A stretch of DNA of 64,000 nt. It comes from Acidimicrobiales bacterium (lineage in GTDB: Bacteria; Actinomycetota; Acidimicrobiia; Acidimicrobiales; Bin134). Below are positions 1 through 12,942 of the stretch, piece after piece (within the stretch, counting starts at the first letter, position 1; each line of letters begins with the position of its first letter). The stretch covers positions 655,578-719,577 of the forward strand of contig OY762975.1 of assembly GCA_963667085.2 (NCBI GenBank), read 5' to 3'. The notes under the pieces are model-generated. The model had not been told where the DNA came from. It searched no databases and saw nothing but the letters and a program-made list of their open reading frames with translations. The position numbers and the translations under genes are program-made.

Positions 1-137
1 TCGTAGCCCCAGATACCAGGAAACAGATCTTCCCCAGCCCGGATGCGGGCGATGGCGTTTCGCCGGATCTCGTGTTTGACCGAAACCGACTGCCAGCCGG
101 CTTCCCTGAGCTCGCCGATAGTGGTGGGTTGCGACAT
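1..137 (-). CDS. AAA+/Mg-chelatase-like ATPase, N-terminal fragment (gene continues past window start)
   Basis: Open-ended minus-strand frame with ATG at 137-135: MSQPTTIGELREAGWQSVSVKHEIRRNAIARIRAGEDLFPGIWGYD. From memory this resembles N-termini of actinobacterial Mg-chelatase-like ATPases. Not in the ORF track because it has no stop inside the window. Confidence 0.4.
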   Translation of the reverse strand, partial: MSQPTTIGELREAGWQSVSVKHEIRRNAIARIRAGEDLFPGIWGY

Positions 138-229
138 AGGAGTTGAACCCTACCCCCTCATCGTCGGCCAGCCAGTGGAAGCGGCGGTTCGGCTAGTCGG
201 GGGGTGGGGGCCGCCGGTACGGTCGGCGG

Positions 230-1035
230 GTGATGGCGCAGACCATGACGAGGGTGAGCACGCCGCCGCCGGTGCGGGCGGCCCCAAGGATGAAGCTCCC
301 GTGGCCGCTCAGCATCTATCAGACTGCGGTGGGCAAGAAGTGGGTGATGGGCCTCACCGGGATCGCGCTGCTGGGCTTCATCGTGGTCCACATGATCGGC
401 AACCTCCACCTCTATGAGGGGCCGCTGGAGATCCACGAATACGCCGAGACGCTGCGGGATCTGGGCACCAAGCTCCTGCCCCGCACCTGGCTGCTGTGGA
501 TCATGCGCATCGGGCTGATCATCGCATTCGCCCTGCACATCCACTCGGCCTACTCCCTGAGCCGGATGAGCCTGGCCGCCGACCAGCGCTATCCCGGCGG
601 CCGGAACTACGTCGCGGCCAACTTCGCCTCCCGCACCATGCGGTGGACCGGCCCCATCATCGGGCTGTACCTCTTCTACCACCTGGCCGATCTCACCTGG
701 GGGTGGTTCAACCCCGACTTCGTGCGGGGCGACCCCTACCACAACGTGTCGGAGAGCCTGGGCAGCATCCCGGTGGCGATCCTCTACATCGTGGCCAACA
801 CCGCGCTGGCCGTCCACATATTCCACGGCACCTGGAGCATGTTCCAGAGCCTGGGGATCAACAGCCCCCGCTACAACCACCTGCGCCGCTACCTGGCCGC
901 CACACTCGCCGGGATCATCCTGGTGGGCAACCTGAGCTTCCCGATCTTCGTGCAAGCCGGGGTGATCGACGACGACGGCCGCTCCGTCGTGAAGGAGCTC
1001 CAGCAGCACGGCGCCGCTGAGGGGGAGGACCACTG

Positions 1036-1036
<1 letters not shown>
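230..1036 (+). CDS. sdhC: succinate dehydrogenase cytochrome b subunit (b558 type)
   Basis: Polytopic membrane protein immediately upstream of and overlapping sdhA. The string [37 protein letters not shown] is typical of single-subunit b558 anchors. Exact start is uncertain. Confidence 0.85.
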
Positions 1037-2954
<1,918 letters not shown>

Positions 2955-2958
<4 letters not shown>

Positions 2959-3722
2959 GCGCAGAGATCAACCTGACGCTCAAGGTGTGGCGCCAGCCCG
3001 GTCCTTTGGCCGAGGGCCGCTTCGTCACCTATGAGGCCAGCGGCATCAGCACCGACGCCTCGTTTCTGGAGATGCTCGACATCGTCAACGAGCGGCTCAT
3101 CGAAAACGGCGAGGAGCCCATCGTGTTCGAATCGGACTGCCGGGAGGGTATCTGCGGCACCTGCGGGCTGATGATCAACGGCCAGGCCCACGGACCCCAG
3201 AAGGGCACGGCCACCTGCCAGCTCCACATGCGCAGTTTCAACGACGGCGACCACATCGTGATCGAGCCATGGCGGGCCACGTCGTTCCCTGTGCTGCGGG
3301 ACCTGGCGGTGGACCGCCGGGCCATGGACGCCATCGTGGCCGCCGGGGGCTACATCTCGGTGAACACGGGGGCCGCCCCCGACGCCAACCTCACCCCGGT
3401 GCCCAAGGAGACGGCCGACACCGCCTTCGACGCCGCCGCCTGCATCGGCTGCGGCGCCTGCGTGGCCGCCTGCCCCAACAGCGCGGCACAACTGTTCACC
3501 GCAGCCAAGGTGCAGCACCTGAACCTGCTGCCCCAAGGCCAAGCCGAGCGGTGGGCCCGCACCGAGGCCATGGTGGAGACCATGGAGGACTTCTTCGGCT
3601 CTTGCACCAACCACGGCGAGTGCGAAGAGGCGTGCCCCAAGGAGATCCCCATCGACTTCATCGCCTGGACCAACCGCGACTACATCAAGGCCAAGGTCAA
3701 GAACCGCAAACTGGCTGGCTAG
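2955..3722 (+). CDS. sdhB: succinate dehydrogenase iron-sulfur subunit
   Basis: GTG at 2955 overlaps the sdhA stop (GTGA). 2Fe-2S motif [10 protein letters not shown] and 4Fe-4S/3Fe-4S motifs [12 protein letters not shown] and [12 protein letters not shown]. Confidence 0.95.
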
Positions 3723-3740
3723 CTGTAGCCTCGCGGCTTG

Positions 3741-4694
3741 ATGTCGGCACGAGCAAGAGAGGCCGTCCTGCATGTGGTGCGGGGGGCTTGCATGGGGGCG
3801 GCTGATGTGGTGCCCGGGGTGTCGGGGGGCACGGTAGCGCTATTGCTGGGGATCTATACCCGGCTGATCGACACCGTGCGGGCCGGGGCCGGTGTGGTGG
3901 GCGTTTTTCTGCGGGGCCGATGGGGCGAGACGTGGAACCGGCTACGGAGTTTCGACTGGTGGTTTGCCGTGCCGCTGGCGGCAGGCATCGTGGTCACTGT
4001 TGCGGCCCTGGCATCGGTGATCGACGAGCTGTTGGTGGACGAGCCCGAGGCCATGGCCGGGCTGTTCTTCGGGCTGGTGGCGGCATCGGTGGTGGTGGCC
4101 TGGAATTTGGTGGAGAAACCCAGCGCGGGGTTGGCCGTGACGGCGCTGGCCGTGGGCGGGCTGTTCTTCTGGCTCTTGGGGCTTCAGTCGGGGCCGGTGG
4201 CCGACCAAACGGAGATCGCCCTGTTCGGGTCAGGGATCGTGGCGGTGTGCGCGATGTTGCTGCCCGGCATCTCCGGGTCGTTCATCTTGTTGATGTTGGG
4301 GGTGTACCCGGCGGCGATCGCCGCAGTGGACGATTGGGTTTGGGCTGACCTGGCCGCGCTGGCCGCGGGAGCAGCGCTGGGGTTGGCCTTGTTCTCAAAC
4401 CTGATCGGCCGAGTCCTCGAACGCTGGCACGACCTCACCCTGGCCGCGATGGTGGGCCTGCTGCTGGGGTCTCTCCGGGTGCTCTGGCCCTGGCCCGCCG
4501 GGGTGGGCGTGATCAGCCGCCACGCCGAGGACACCATCAACGGCACCAGCTTGGGCTGGGCCCCCGCCCACGAGATTTGGCCCCCAACGGTGCTGGCCAT
4601 CGCCGCCGCTGGTTTGGTTCTGGTCCTCACCGAGTTGGCCTCCAAAAGAAAACGCGCGGGCCGGGAACCAGACGCAGGAGCGGTATCGTCATAG
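3741..4694 (+). CDS. DUF368 family membrane protein (putative undecaprenyl-phosphate translocase family)
   Basis: Internal two-fold repeat of the DUF368 signature (VVPGVSGGTVALLLGIY and LLPGISGSFILLMLGVY), polytopic. Start is TTG 3738 or ATG 3741. Confidence 0.8.
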   Translation: MSARAREAVLHVVRGACMGAADVVPGVSGGTVALLLGIYTRLIDTVRAGAGVVGVFLRGRWGETWNRLRSFDWWFAVPLAAGIVVTVAALASVIDELLVDEPEAMAGLFFGLVAASVVVAWNLVEKPSAGLAVTALAVGGLFFWLLGLQSGPVADQTEIALFGSGIVAVCAMLLPGISGSFILLMLGVYPAAIAAVDDWVWADLAALAAGAALGLALFSNLIGRVLERWHDLTLAAMVGLLLGSLRVLWPWPAGVGVISRHAEDTINGTSLGWAPAHEIWPPTVLAIAAAGLVLVLTELASKRKRAGREPDAGAVSS

Positions 4695-4698
4695 GGGC

Positions 4699-5601
4699 AT
4701 GCGTAAGACAACCTTGTTCTTGATCGGATTAGCGTTTGCCCTGCTGGCGGCGGCTTGCGGATCGTCGGATTCCGAGACGCTGAGCGCGACCGGCGGAAAC
4801 GGCGACCAAACGGTCGAAACTCCGACCAGCCCAGCACCCGACGATGAGTCGAAGGAAGCGCCAGCCACCCCGACATCGACCAATGAGGCTGCGGAAGGCG
4901 GCCAGACCGCGGAAGACGACCAGGCCGGCGCTACCCCGGACCCTGATGATCAAATTGTGGAAGGTCCGGCCAGCCCGGCGCCCGAAGATGAAGCCGGAGA
5001 GTCGGGAACCAGCTCATCGTCTGAGGCCGACGAAGACGACCGCACGTCCTCCGATGCATCCTCGGCTAGCTCGTCCGAAGACCAAACCGAGGATGGACCC
5101 GAAGATGATGCTGGCAGCACAGGAGCAGACACGTCCTCAGGTTCGTCTTCATCCTCCGAAGACCACACCGACGGCACCCCATCGCCGGACTCGGCGGTGA
5201 GCGTCTCGTCGGACCAGGTTGGCGCAACAACCCCGACACCGAGCCCGACACCGGTCGTCCCCGAAAGCGACCGCCGGCCGGTGACCGTGGAGGATGTGCA
5301 GATCGTGGTGCGGGAGAGCTGGCCGATGCAGGTGGCCGTCTTGATCTCCGGGGCGTTGCCCACCCCTTGCCACGAGTTGAAGTGGACCGTCGAGCAAAGC
5401 GCCACCACCACGCAGGACGACTGGACCGTGGCCGCCAACGGCTCTGTCCATACCATCTCGGTCTGGACTACCGAGCTGCCCTCGGATATGGCCTGCGCCA
5501 CCGTGATGGAACCATTCAGCGAGCAGGTGGAACTGGGCCGCTTCGTCTCCGGTGACTACACCATCGTGGTCAACGGCGAGCGCTTCCCCGTCACCCTCTG
5601 A
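4699..5601 (+). CDS. secreted lipoprotein with long acidic Ser/Asp/Glu-rich tether, unknown function
   Basis: Signal peptide with lipobox (LLAAAC), about 170 aa of low-complexity S/D/E/T/P, then a roughly 110-aa globular C-terminal domain with two Cys. Confidence 0.7.
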   Translation: MRKTTLFLIGLAFALLAAACGSSDSETLSATGGNGDQTVETPTSPAPDDESKEAPATPTSTNEAAEGGQTAEDDQAGATPDPDDQIVEGPASPAPEDEAGESGTSSSSEADEDDRTSSDASSASSSEDQTEDGPEDDAGSTGADTSSGSSSSSEDHTDGTPSPDSAVSVSSDQVGATTPTPSPTPVVPESDRRPVTVEDVQIVVRESWPMQVAVLISGALPTPCHELKWTVEQSATTTQDDWTVAANGSVHTISVWTTELPSDMACATVMEPFSEQVELGRFVSGDYTIVVNGERFPVTL

Positions 5602-5610
5602 TCGCGGATC

Positions 5611-6039
5611 TTGAGTGGCACCCAGGGGCTCTGCTCCGCCCCCGAGCCGATACCGTTGGACCTGGTGACTCAGTACCTCAGCGACGAGTGGATCCAAGCG
5701 GCTGACGCCGCGCTGCGGGCATCGGCGTTGCGGACATCGGAAGGCGACCGGTTCACAGTGGAACAGCAAGTGGACGACATGGCGTTCCACATGGTGTTCG
5801 ACGACGAAGGCGCCCGTGTCTGCGCCGGACCGGCCGTCGATCCCGAGGTGGTATTCCGCCAGAGCTGGGACACTGCCGTTGCCATCGCCCGAGGGGAGCT
5901 GTCATCGGAAGAAGCGGTTCTGAACGGGGAGATCGCATTCGAGGGCAACCCCATGGCTCTCCTGTCCTACCGTCGGTTGCTGGCCTCAGCCGACGACGTG
6001 TTCGCCGACGTGCGGGACCGCACCGTCTGGGAGCGGTAA
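5611..6039 (+). CDS. SCP2 sterol-binding-domain protein
   Basis: TTG start. About 140 aa with an SCP2-like pattern (LSDEWI...FHMVFDD...AVAIARGELSSEEAVLNGEIAFEGNPMALL). Confidence 0.65.
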   Translation: MSGTQGLCSAPEPIPLDLVTQYLSDEWIQAADAALRASALRTSEGDRFTVEQQVDDMAFHMVFDDEGARVCAGPAVDPEVVFRQSWDTAVAIARGELSSEEAVLNGEIAFEGNPMALLSYRRLLASADDVFADVRDRTVWER

Positions 6040-6055
6040 CGGCAGGCGAGACCAC

Positions 6056-6631
6056 TCAATAGTCGAGGCCCTTCTTGGCCAGGATCTGACGGTCGAAGGC
6101 GTGCTTGACCTTGACCATCTCGGTCACGGTGTCAGCCACCTCGATCACTTCATCGGCCATGTCCCGGCCGGTCAGGATCACGCTCACTCGCTCGGGCCGC
6201 GACTCTAGTGCCGCCGCTACTTCAGCAGCGTCGATCCAGTCCCAGGTCATGGCGTAGCTGATCTCGTCCAAAACGACCAGGCGATAGTCGCCGCCAGCAA
6301 CGAGTTGAGCGGCGAACTCCCAGGCCGCCACAGCCATTGCCCGAGACTCGTCGAGATCGTCGGAATCCCAGGTGAACCCGTCGCCCGCCGAAAACCACTG
6401 CACCCCGAGCTCTCGGCACACCTTCTCCTCGCCCGTGTTCCAGTCGCCGCTCTTGAGGAACTGCACCACCGCCACCGGCCAGCCCTGGGACACCGCCCGC
6501 AAGACGGTGCCGAACGCCGCGGTGGACTTGCCCTTGCCGTCGCCGGTGTTCACCAGCACGAGCGAGTCGACCGTCTTCATGGCGGAGAGGTCATAGGGGC
6601 GCTCCTGTTGGGGGGCCGCGTCATCGCCCAT
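6056..6631 (-). CDS. cobO: cob(I)yrinic acid a,c-diamide adenosyltransferase
   Basis: P-loop NTGDGKGKSTAAFG and DEISYA motif typical of CobO/BtuR. Overlaps the upstream ABC ATPase gene by 11 nt. Confidence 0.9.
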   Translation of the reverse strand: MGDDAAPQQERPYDLSAMKTVDSLVLVNTGDGKGKSTAAFGTVLRAVSQGWPVAVVQFLKSGDWNTGEEKVCRELGVQWFSAGDGFTWDSDDLDESRAMAVAAWEFAAQLVAGGDYRLVVLDEISYAMTWDWIDAAEVAAALESRPERVSVILTGRDMADEVIEVADTVTEMVKVKHAFDRQILAKKGLDY

Positions 6632-7451
6632 GCGATCTCCTTCTCGTCGCCTGCCGACGGGGAGCGGGCAGCACCACCAGCTCGCCGTCGATGTCCTGAA
6701 CTGTAAGCGGGGTGGCGTACACCGCGGAGAGCAGATCGGCTCTCAGCACCTCAGCCGGGCTTCCCTGAGCCACGATGCGGCCACGGTCAATGAGCATGAG
6801 GCGGTCGGCGAACCGGGCGGCGGCGCTCAGGTCGTGCATGGCGGCCAGCACGCTGAGTCCCTCGGAACGGCGCAGATCGTCCACCAGCTCCAGCACCGAC
6901 ACCTGATGGCCCAGGTCGAGGGCACTGGTGGGCTCGTCCAGCAGCAACACCGGGCACTGTTGAGCCAGCGCCCGGGCCACCACCACCTGCTGGGCCTCCC
7001 CGCCCGACAATGTGGACACCAGGCGGTCGGCGAAGGCCGTGAGATTGAGACGGTGCAGCACCGAGGAAGCGATCTCCCGGTCGGCGCGCGACTCGCGAGC
7101 CAGCCACCCGAGGTGCGCGGTACGCCCCAGCAGCACGTACTCGGCCACGGTCATGCCCGCAGGCAGCACCGGCGACTGGGGTACGAGGGCCACGTCCGCC
7201 GCCCCTGGCGACCGACCGTCGCTCAGGGCCACGGTTCCGAGATGCTCAGCCAACCCGGCGACCGACCGCAAGAGGGTGGACTTGCCCGCCCCGTTGGGGC
7301 CGATGACACCAAGCCATTCCCCGATGCCCAACTCCAGATCGACGCCGCAGACCACCTCGGTGGTGCGGTACGACACCCGCACCCCTCGACAGGAAAGGGC
7401 CAGAGATTCCCGAACGGGAGGCGCAGCAATAATCGAGGGGGCCGCGCTCAT
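6621..7451 (-). CDS. iron-siderophore/cobalamin-type ABC transporter ATP-binding protein
   Basis: Walker A GPNGAGKST, signature LSGGEAQ, Walker B LLLDEPTSALD. ATG at 7451 forms an ATGA overlap with the permease stop. Confidence 0.9.
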   Translation of the reverse strand: MSAAPSIIAAPPVRESLALSCRGVRVSYRTTEVVCGVDLELGIGEWLGVIGPNGAGKSTLLRSVAGLAEHLGTVALSDGRSPGAADVALVPQSPVLPAGMTVAEYVLLGRTAHLGWLARESRADREIASSVLHRLNLTAFADRLVSTLSGGEAQQVVVARALAQQCPVLLLDEPTSALDLGHQVSVLELVDDLRRSEGLSVLAAMHDLSAAARFADRLMLIDRGRIVAQGSPAEVLRADLLSAVYATPLTVQDIDGELVVLPAPRRQATRRRSHGR

Positions 7452-8545
7452 GCGGTGCTCCAGCGGCCGCGCCACAGCACGAGGGCGAAGAACGGGGCCC
7501 CCACAAACGCAGTGATGACTCCCACCGGCAGTTCGGCCGGGGCCAGCAGGGTGCGGGCACCGATGTCGGTGAACGCCAGGAACGCGGCGCCGACCACCGC
7601 CGAGAGCGGCACGATCACCCGGTAACTATGGCTCACCAGCAGACGGACGATGTGAGGCACGACGAGCCCGACGAACGCGATCATCCCGCTCACCGACACC
7701 GCAGCCGCGGTCAGCAGCGACGCGGCGGCAATCACCAGCAGGCGGGAGCGGGCCGGGTCGAGGCCCAGCGAGCGGGCCTCGTCATCGCCGACTCGCAGCA
7801 CGTCGAGGTGCCGCCGGTGGACGAACAGGGCCGCCCCGCACACCACGGTGTAGGGGGCGAGCAGCCAGACCTGCTTCCAGCCACTGGTGTTGAGCTGGCC
7901 GAACAGCCATGACAGCACTTCTCGCGACCGGGTCTCGTCGAGCTGCTGGATGGCGTATGTCTGCGCTGCCGCAAAGAGGGCGGCCATGGCCACCCCGCCG
8001 AGCAACAGCGTGGCGGGCGACGTGCCTCCGCCCCGGGCGATAGCCATCGATGCCGCCACCGCCACCAGCGCCCCCAAAAAGGCCGCGGCCGGCACCGTGT
8101 CGAACGGCCCCCAGCCCAAGTCGAGGCCGAAGCCCAGGGCCAGCACCGCACCGAACCCTGCCCCGGCGGACACACCCAGCAGGTAGGGATCGGCCAGGGG
8201 ATTGCGGAACACGCCCTGATAGGCCGCCCCGGCCATGCCCAGCGATCCCCCCACCAGCATTCCGAGCACCAGCCGGGGAAGCCGGATCTCGAACAAGATG
8301 CTCTCTTGGGTGGCCGACAGGGACGACTCCGCTCCGAGCAGCGGAACCCAATCGAACAAGGCGGCGAACACGCCGCCCACCGGCAGGCCGGCAGCCCCGC
8401 TAGTGGCGCTGAGCAGACCCACCGCGGCCAGCAGCGCTACACCGACGAGCACAGCCCCCACCGGCACTCCATAGGCCCGCTGCACCGCCCGGCGGGCGAC
8501 ATCGTCGTCGGCCACGGGGGTTGCCGGGAGGGAGGCGTCGGCCAT
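7448..8545 (-). CDS. FecCD/BtuC-family ABC transporter permease
   Basis: Polytopic, FecCD-like (LFEIRLPRLVLGMLVGGSLGMAGAAYQGVFRNPLADPYLLGVSAGAG). Start trimmed to ATG 8545, just after the binding-protein stop. Confidence 0.9.
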   Translation of the reverse strand: MADASLPATPVADDDVARRAVQRAYGVPVGAVLVGVALLAAVGLLSATSGAAGLPVGGVFAALFDWVPLLGAESSLSATQESILFEIRLPRLVLGMLVGGSLGMAGAAYQGVFRNPLADPYLLGVSAGAGFGAVLALGFGLDLGWGPFDTVPAAAFLGALVAVAASMAIARGGGTSPATLLLGGVAMAALFAAAQTYAIQQLDETRSREVLSWLFGQLNTSGWKQVWLLAPYTVVCGAALFVHRRHLDVLRVGDDEARSLGLDPARSRLLVIAAASLLTAAAVSVSGMIAFVGLVVPHIVRLLVSHSYRVIVPLSAVVGAAFLAFTDIGARTLLAPAELPVGVITAFVGAPFFALVLWRGRWSTA

Positions 8546-8553
8546 TGCCGGGC

Positions 8554-9489
8554 CTAAGAATCCGACTCGGCTACCGTCTGAAGGGCCTCGGCCACCGCCG
8601 CGATGAACTGGGGCAGCCGCGGCCCCCATCGAGAGGCGGGGTCGGCGTCGACCATGACGATGTTGCCGTTTCGCACCGCGGAAACCTCGCCCCACCCGGG
8701 CCGGGCGGCCACATCGGCGGCGGTGTAGCCCATCAGATCGGTGATCACGATCAACTCGGGGTCGGCCCCCACGATGTACTCCTCGGTGAGTTGGGGGTAC
8801 CCGTAGCCGTCGGGGTCGGCCTCATCGGCGATGTTGACCACCCCCATGGCGGCGTAGACCGCGCCGATGAAGCCAGCCGAGCTGACCGAGTAGTACTGGT
8901 CGTCGAGCTCGTGGTACACCCGCAGCGGCACGTCGGGAGCATCAGCCAGCGCGGCCTCGATTTCCGCCCGGAGTTTCTCGACCACGGCCAGCGCCTCGTC
9001 CAAGCGTCCAACAGCGATGCCTAGGTCGATGATCGAGGCGTAGCCGCTCTCAAACTCGGCTGGGGCTGGACTGAGCGTCACCGGAACGCCCACCGCGTCC
9101 AGCCCAGCCACCAGATCATTGGCGTCGTTGACGATCACCACCAGGTCGGGTTCGTAGGAGAGCACCGCCTCCACATTGGGATCCCAACCGGACAAGTCGG
9201 TGACCGGGGCTTCCGGCGGGTAGTAGGAGAACTCGTCGACAGCCACCACCTGCTCGCCCGCGCCGATGGCGAACAAGATCTCAGTGGCCATCGGCGACAG
9301 CGACACGATCCGCTGGGAGCGGACCGGCTCGGTCTCGATAGGCAACGGGGCTGCCTCGGTTGGGGGTGGCGGCGCAGGCTCTTGTGTGCCGACAGGCTCA
9401 CCGGCGTCATCATCGTTGCCGCAGCTCGCGGCTACCAGCGTGAACGCCAACAAGATCGCCGCAAACAGACGGAATCGGAACGGGGGCAT
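8554..9489 (-). CDS. BtuF/FhuD-type periplasmic binding lipoprotein (probable cobalamin-binding)
   Basis: Lipobox LVAASC, class-III SBP pattern (RIVSLSPMATEILFAIGAGEQVVAV). AGGAGG sits 5 nt before ATG 9489. A B12 riboswitch lies directly upstream. Confidence 0.85.
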   Translation of the reverse strand: MPPFRFRLFAAILLAFTLVAASCGNDDDAGEPVGTQEPAPPPPTEAAPLPIETEPVRSQRIVSLSPMATEILFAIGAGEQVVAVDEFSYYPPEAPVTDLSGWDPNVEAVLSYEPDLVVIVNDANDLVAGLDAVGVPVTLSPAPAEFESGYASIIDLGIAVGRLDEALAVVEKLRAEIEAALADAPDVPLRVYHELDDQYYSVSSAGFIGAVYAAMGVVNIADEADPDGYGYPQLTEEYIVGADPELIVITDLMGYTAADVAARPGWGEVSAVRNGNIVMVDADPASRWGPRLPQFIAAVAEALQTVAESDS

Positions 9490-9495
9490 CAGCAC

Positions 9496-9700
9496 CTCCT
9501 GTTGATCGAGGAACGGAAGCTCGACTGGCAGGTGCTCTGCCCTCGAGCCAACCCAACCCTCGGGGTTTATGGCTCGTTTCGGCGCAAAGCTCGACCGGAC
9601 TTACTGGCTCAGGGCCAGTTCACCGTTGCGGGACAGTGCCGGGTTCTAACCGGACTTCGCCTCCACGCCGCTCAGCAGCATAGCCGCCCTGCCGGTGGTG
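9496..9700 (-). promoter_or_regulatory. cobalamin (B12) riboswitch
   Basis: The minus-strand RNA reads GGCGAAGUCCGGUUAGAACCCGGCACUGUCCCGCAACGGUGAA...GAGCCAGUAAGUCCGG. This matches the conserved cobalamin-riboswitch core (GAA..CCGGU.AGAA.CCGG.AC.G.CCCGC.AC.GU) plus a B12-box-like segment. It is the leader of a btuFCD-like/cobO operon. Exact ends are approximate. Confidence 0.75.
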
Positions 9701-9714
9701 ACTACCCGTGAAAG

Positions 9715-10701
9715 TCAGATCAAACCCAATTCGGCCACGGTGTCGCGCTCCTCGGCCAACTCGGCCACGGTGGCATCAAGGCGGGATTGGGAGAAATCGT
9801 CCAGCTCTAGGCCGCCCACGATCGACCAGGCTCCTTCGGCGGTGGTGCAGGGGAACGACGAGATGAGGCCTTCGGGCACGCCGTAGGTGCCGTCGGAGGG
9901 AACGGCCATGCTCACCCAGTCGCCCGGCGCGGTGCCGTGGACCCAGTCGTGGACATGGTCGATGGCGGCGTTGGCGGCTGAGGCTGCGCTGGAGAGGCCG
10001 CGGGCCTCGATGATGGCCGCGCCCCGCTGCTGTACCGCAGGAATGAACTCATCGGCGATCCATGCTTGGTCGCCTACCACCTCGGCGGCCGACCGTCCTC
10101 CCACCTGGCAGTTGAACAGGTCGGGATACTGCGTGGCCGAGTGGTTCCCCCAGATGGTCATGCGGCTCACCTCGGCCACGGTCACCCCAAGTTTGGCCGC
10201 AAGCTGGGCCACCGCCCGGTTGTGGTCGAGGCGGGTCATGGCGGTGAACCGCTCGGCGGGAATCCCCTCGGCGTTGTTCATGGCGATGAGGCAGTTGGTG
10301 TTGGCCGGGTTGCCCACCACCAACACCCGCACCTCATCGGACGCCCCCGCGGCCAACGCCTCGCCCTGGGTAGTGAAGATGGCGCCGTTGGCCTCCAGCA
10401 GGTCGCGGCGCTCCATGCCCTTGCTCCGGGGCCGCGACCCCACCAGCAAGGCGTAGTCCACGCCGTCGAACGCCTCGTGGGGATCGTCGGTACACACCTT
10501 CCCAGCCAGCAGCGGGAAGGCGCAGTCGTCCAACTCCATGGCCACGCCGGCCAGTGCTCCCATCGCCGGGGGGATTTCCAGCATCTGGAGCACGACGGGC
10601 ACATCGTGGCCGAGCATCTGTCCGCTGGCGATGCGGAACAGCAGGCTGTAGCCGATCTGGCCCGCCGCGCCGGTCACCGCCACTCGCTTGGGATCGCTCA
10701 C
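9715..10701 (-). CDS. mdh: malate dehydrogenase
   Basis: 328 aa. N-terminus [22 protein letters not shown] and IWGNHS motif of the LDH-unlike (cytosolic-type) MDH family. Confidence 0.95.
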   Translation of the reverse strand: MSDPKRVAVTGAAGQIGYSLLFRIASGQMLGHDVPVVLQMLEIPPAMGALAGVAMELDDCAFPLLAGKVCTDDPHEAFDGVDYALLVGSRPRSKGMERRDLLEANGAIFTTQGEALAAGASDEVRVLVVGNPANTNCLIAMNNAEGIPAERFTAMTRLDHNRAVAQLAAKLGVTVAEVSRMTIWGNHSATQYPDLFNCQVGGRSAAEVVGDQAWIADEFIPAVQQRGAAIIEARGLSSAASAANAAIDHVHDWVHGTAPGDWVSMAVPSDGTYGVPEGLISSFPCTTAEGAWSIVGGLELDDFSQSRLDATVAELAEERDTVAELGLI

Positions 10702-10764
10702 CGGCAGGTCTCCTTTGTGCGTGAGGGGGTCAGGAAGGATTGACTGGAGTGGGTTGCCAGGCGA

Positions 10765-11961
<1,197 letters not shown>

Positions 11962-12096
11962 GTCAGGCGAGCATACCGACGAGCCTTCGCGCCCGACGAA
12001 GCCAAGCCACTGCCGGGCCAAAGTTCCCAATCCGGTAGCCAGGCCAGCGGCAATTGATGCCGAATCGCCGCCAATCGGTCCATACCATGACCCGCA

Positions 12097-12942
12097 ATGA
12101 CGCGGATTGCCGACCTATTGGGCCAGCGGCCGACGCTCTCGTTTGAGTTCTTCCCCCCGGCTGACGACATCGCCGGCAAGCAGTTGGACAAGGCGCTCGA
12201 CGAGTTGGCCGGGCTGGCCCCCTCGTTCGTGTCGGTGACCTGCGGTGTGGGCGGCGACGGCCACGACCGCACCCACGACATCGTCACCGGCGTCTGCCAA
12301 GATCGGCCCTTCCCGGCCATGGCCCATCTCACCTGCGTGGGCCACACCCGACCCGGCATCGCCGCTCTGTTGGACGACTATGCCGCCGCCGGCGTGGCCA
12401 ACATCTTGGCCCTGGCCGGCGATCCACCCGACGGATCGGCCATCAGCGGCGATTTCCACTACGCCTCCGAGCTGGTTGAGGTAGTCCAAGACCACCCGGC
12501 CGACTTCAGCGTGGGAGTGGCCGCCCACCCCGAAGTTCACCCACGATCGACTGATCGAGCCTCCGACCGCCGATTTCTGGCCGCCAAGCTAAACCAGGCC
12601 GACTTCGCCATCACCCAGTTCTTCTTCGACCCCGCCGACTATGTGCAGCTCTGCAACGAACTGGCCGACCTGGGATGCCACCAACCAGTGATCCCCGGGG
12701 TCATGCCGGTGATCTGGCCGAAGAGCATTCGCCGCTACGCCGACATGAACGGCTCCACCGTGCCCGAGGCGCTTTTCACCGATTTGGAGGCACTGTCCGG
12801 CCCCGATCGCATTGCCGCCGCCGCCGAGTCTGCCGCTGAGCTGTGCCAATCCCTGCTAGACGCCGGCGCCCCCGGCATCCACCTCTACACCCTCAACCGA
12901 CCTGAGGCCTCAACTCTGATTGCCGAGTTGCTCAGCCTCTAG
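12097..12942 (+). CDS. metF: methylenetetrahydrofolate reductase
   Basis: LSFEFFPP N-terminal motif, FVSVTCG, and an overall MetF-length TIM barrel. Confidence 0.9.
   Translation: MTRIADLLGQRPTLSFEFFPPADDIAGKQLDKALDELAGLAPSFVSVTCGVGGDGHDRTHDIVTGVCQDRPFPAMAHLTCVGHTRPGIAALLDDYAAAGVANILALAGDPPDGSAISGDFHYASELVEVVQDHPADFSVGVAAHPEVHPRSTDRASDRRFLAAKLNQADFAITQFFFDPADYVQLCNELADLGCHQPVIPGVMPVIWPKSIRRYADMNGSTVPEALFTDLEALSGPDRIAAAAESAAELCQSLLDAGAPGIHLYTLNRPEASTLIAELLSL

Noticed and set aside
11962-12030. N-terminal extensions suggested by the ORF track for icd, and likewise for sucC (17076-17165), the LLM oxidoreductase (19920-20072), phosphatase 2 (31884-32213), the P450 (47981-48100), SDRs (49278-49427 and 60836-61441), the btuC-like permease (8546-8695) and the acyl-CoA synthetase (58097-58162).
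   Set aside because: The extensions overlap upstream genes or lack homology. Internal ATG or GTG codons with Shine-Dalgarno-like sequences reproduce the canonical family N-termini.
11962-12096. A possible SAM or other riboswitch upstream of metF. I also considered a ZTP riboswitch upstream of purN/purH.
   Set aside because: I could not find the conserved SAM-I/SAM-IV or ZTP core sequences by eye. The purN upstream gap is only 26 nt. A cmsearch would be needed to exclude them formally.
12939-12942. The convergent metF and purH genes share the palindrome CTAG as overlapping stop codons.
   Set aside because: This is a real but trivial consequence of tight packing. There is no evidence of function beyond compaction.
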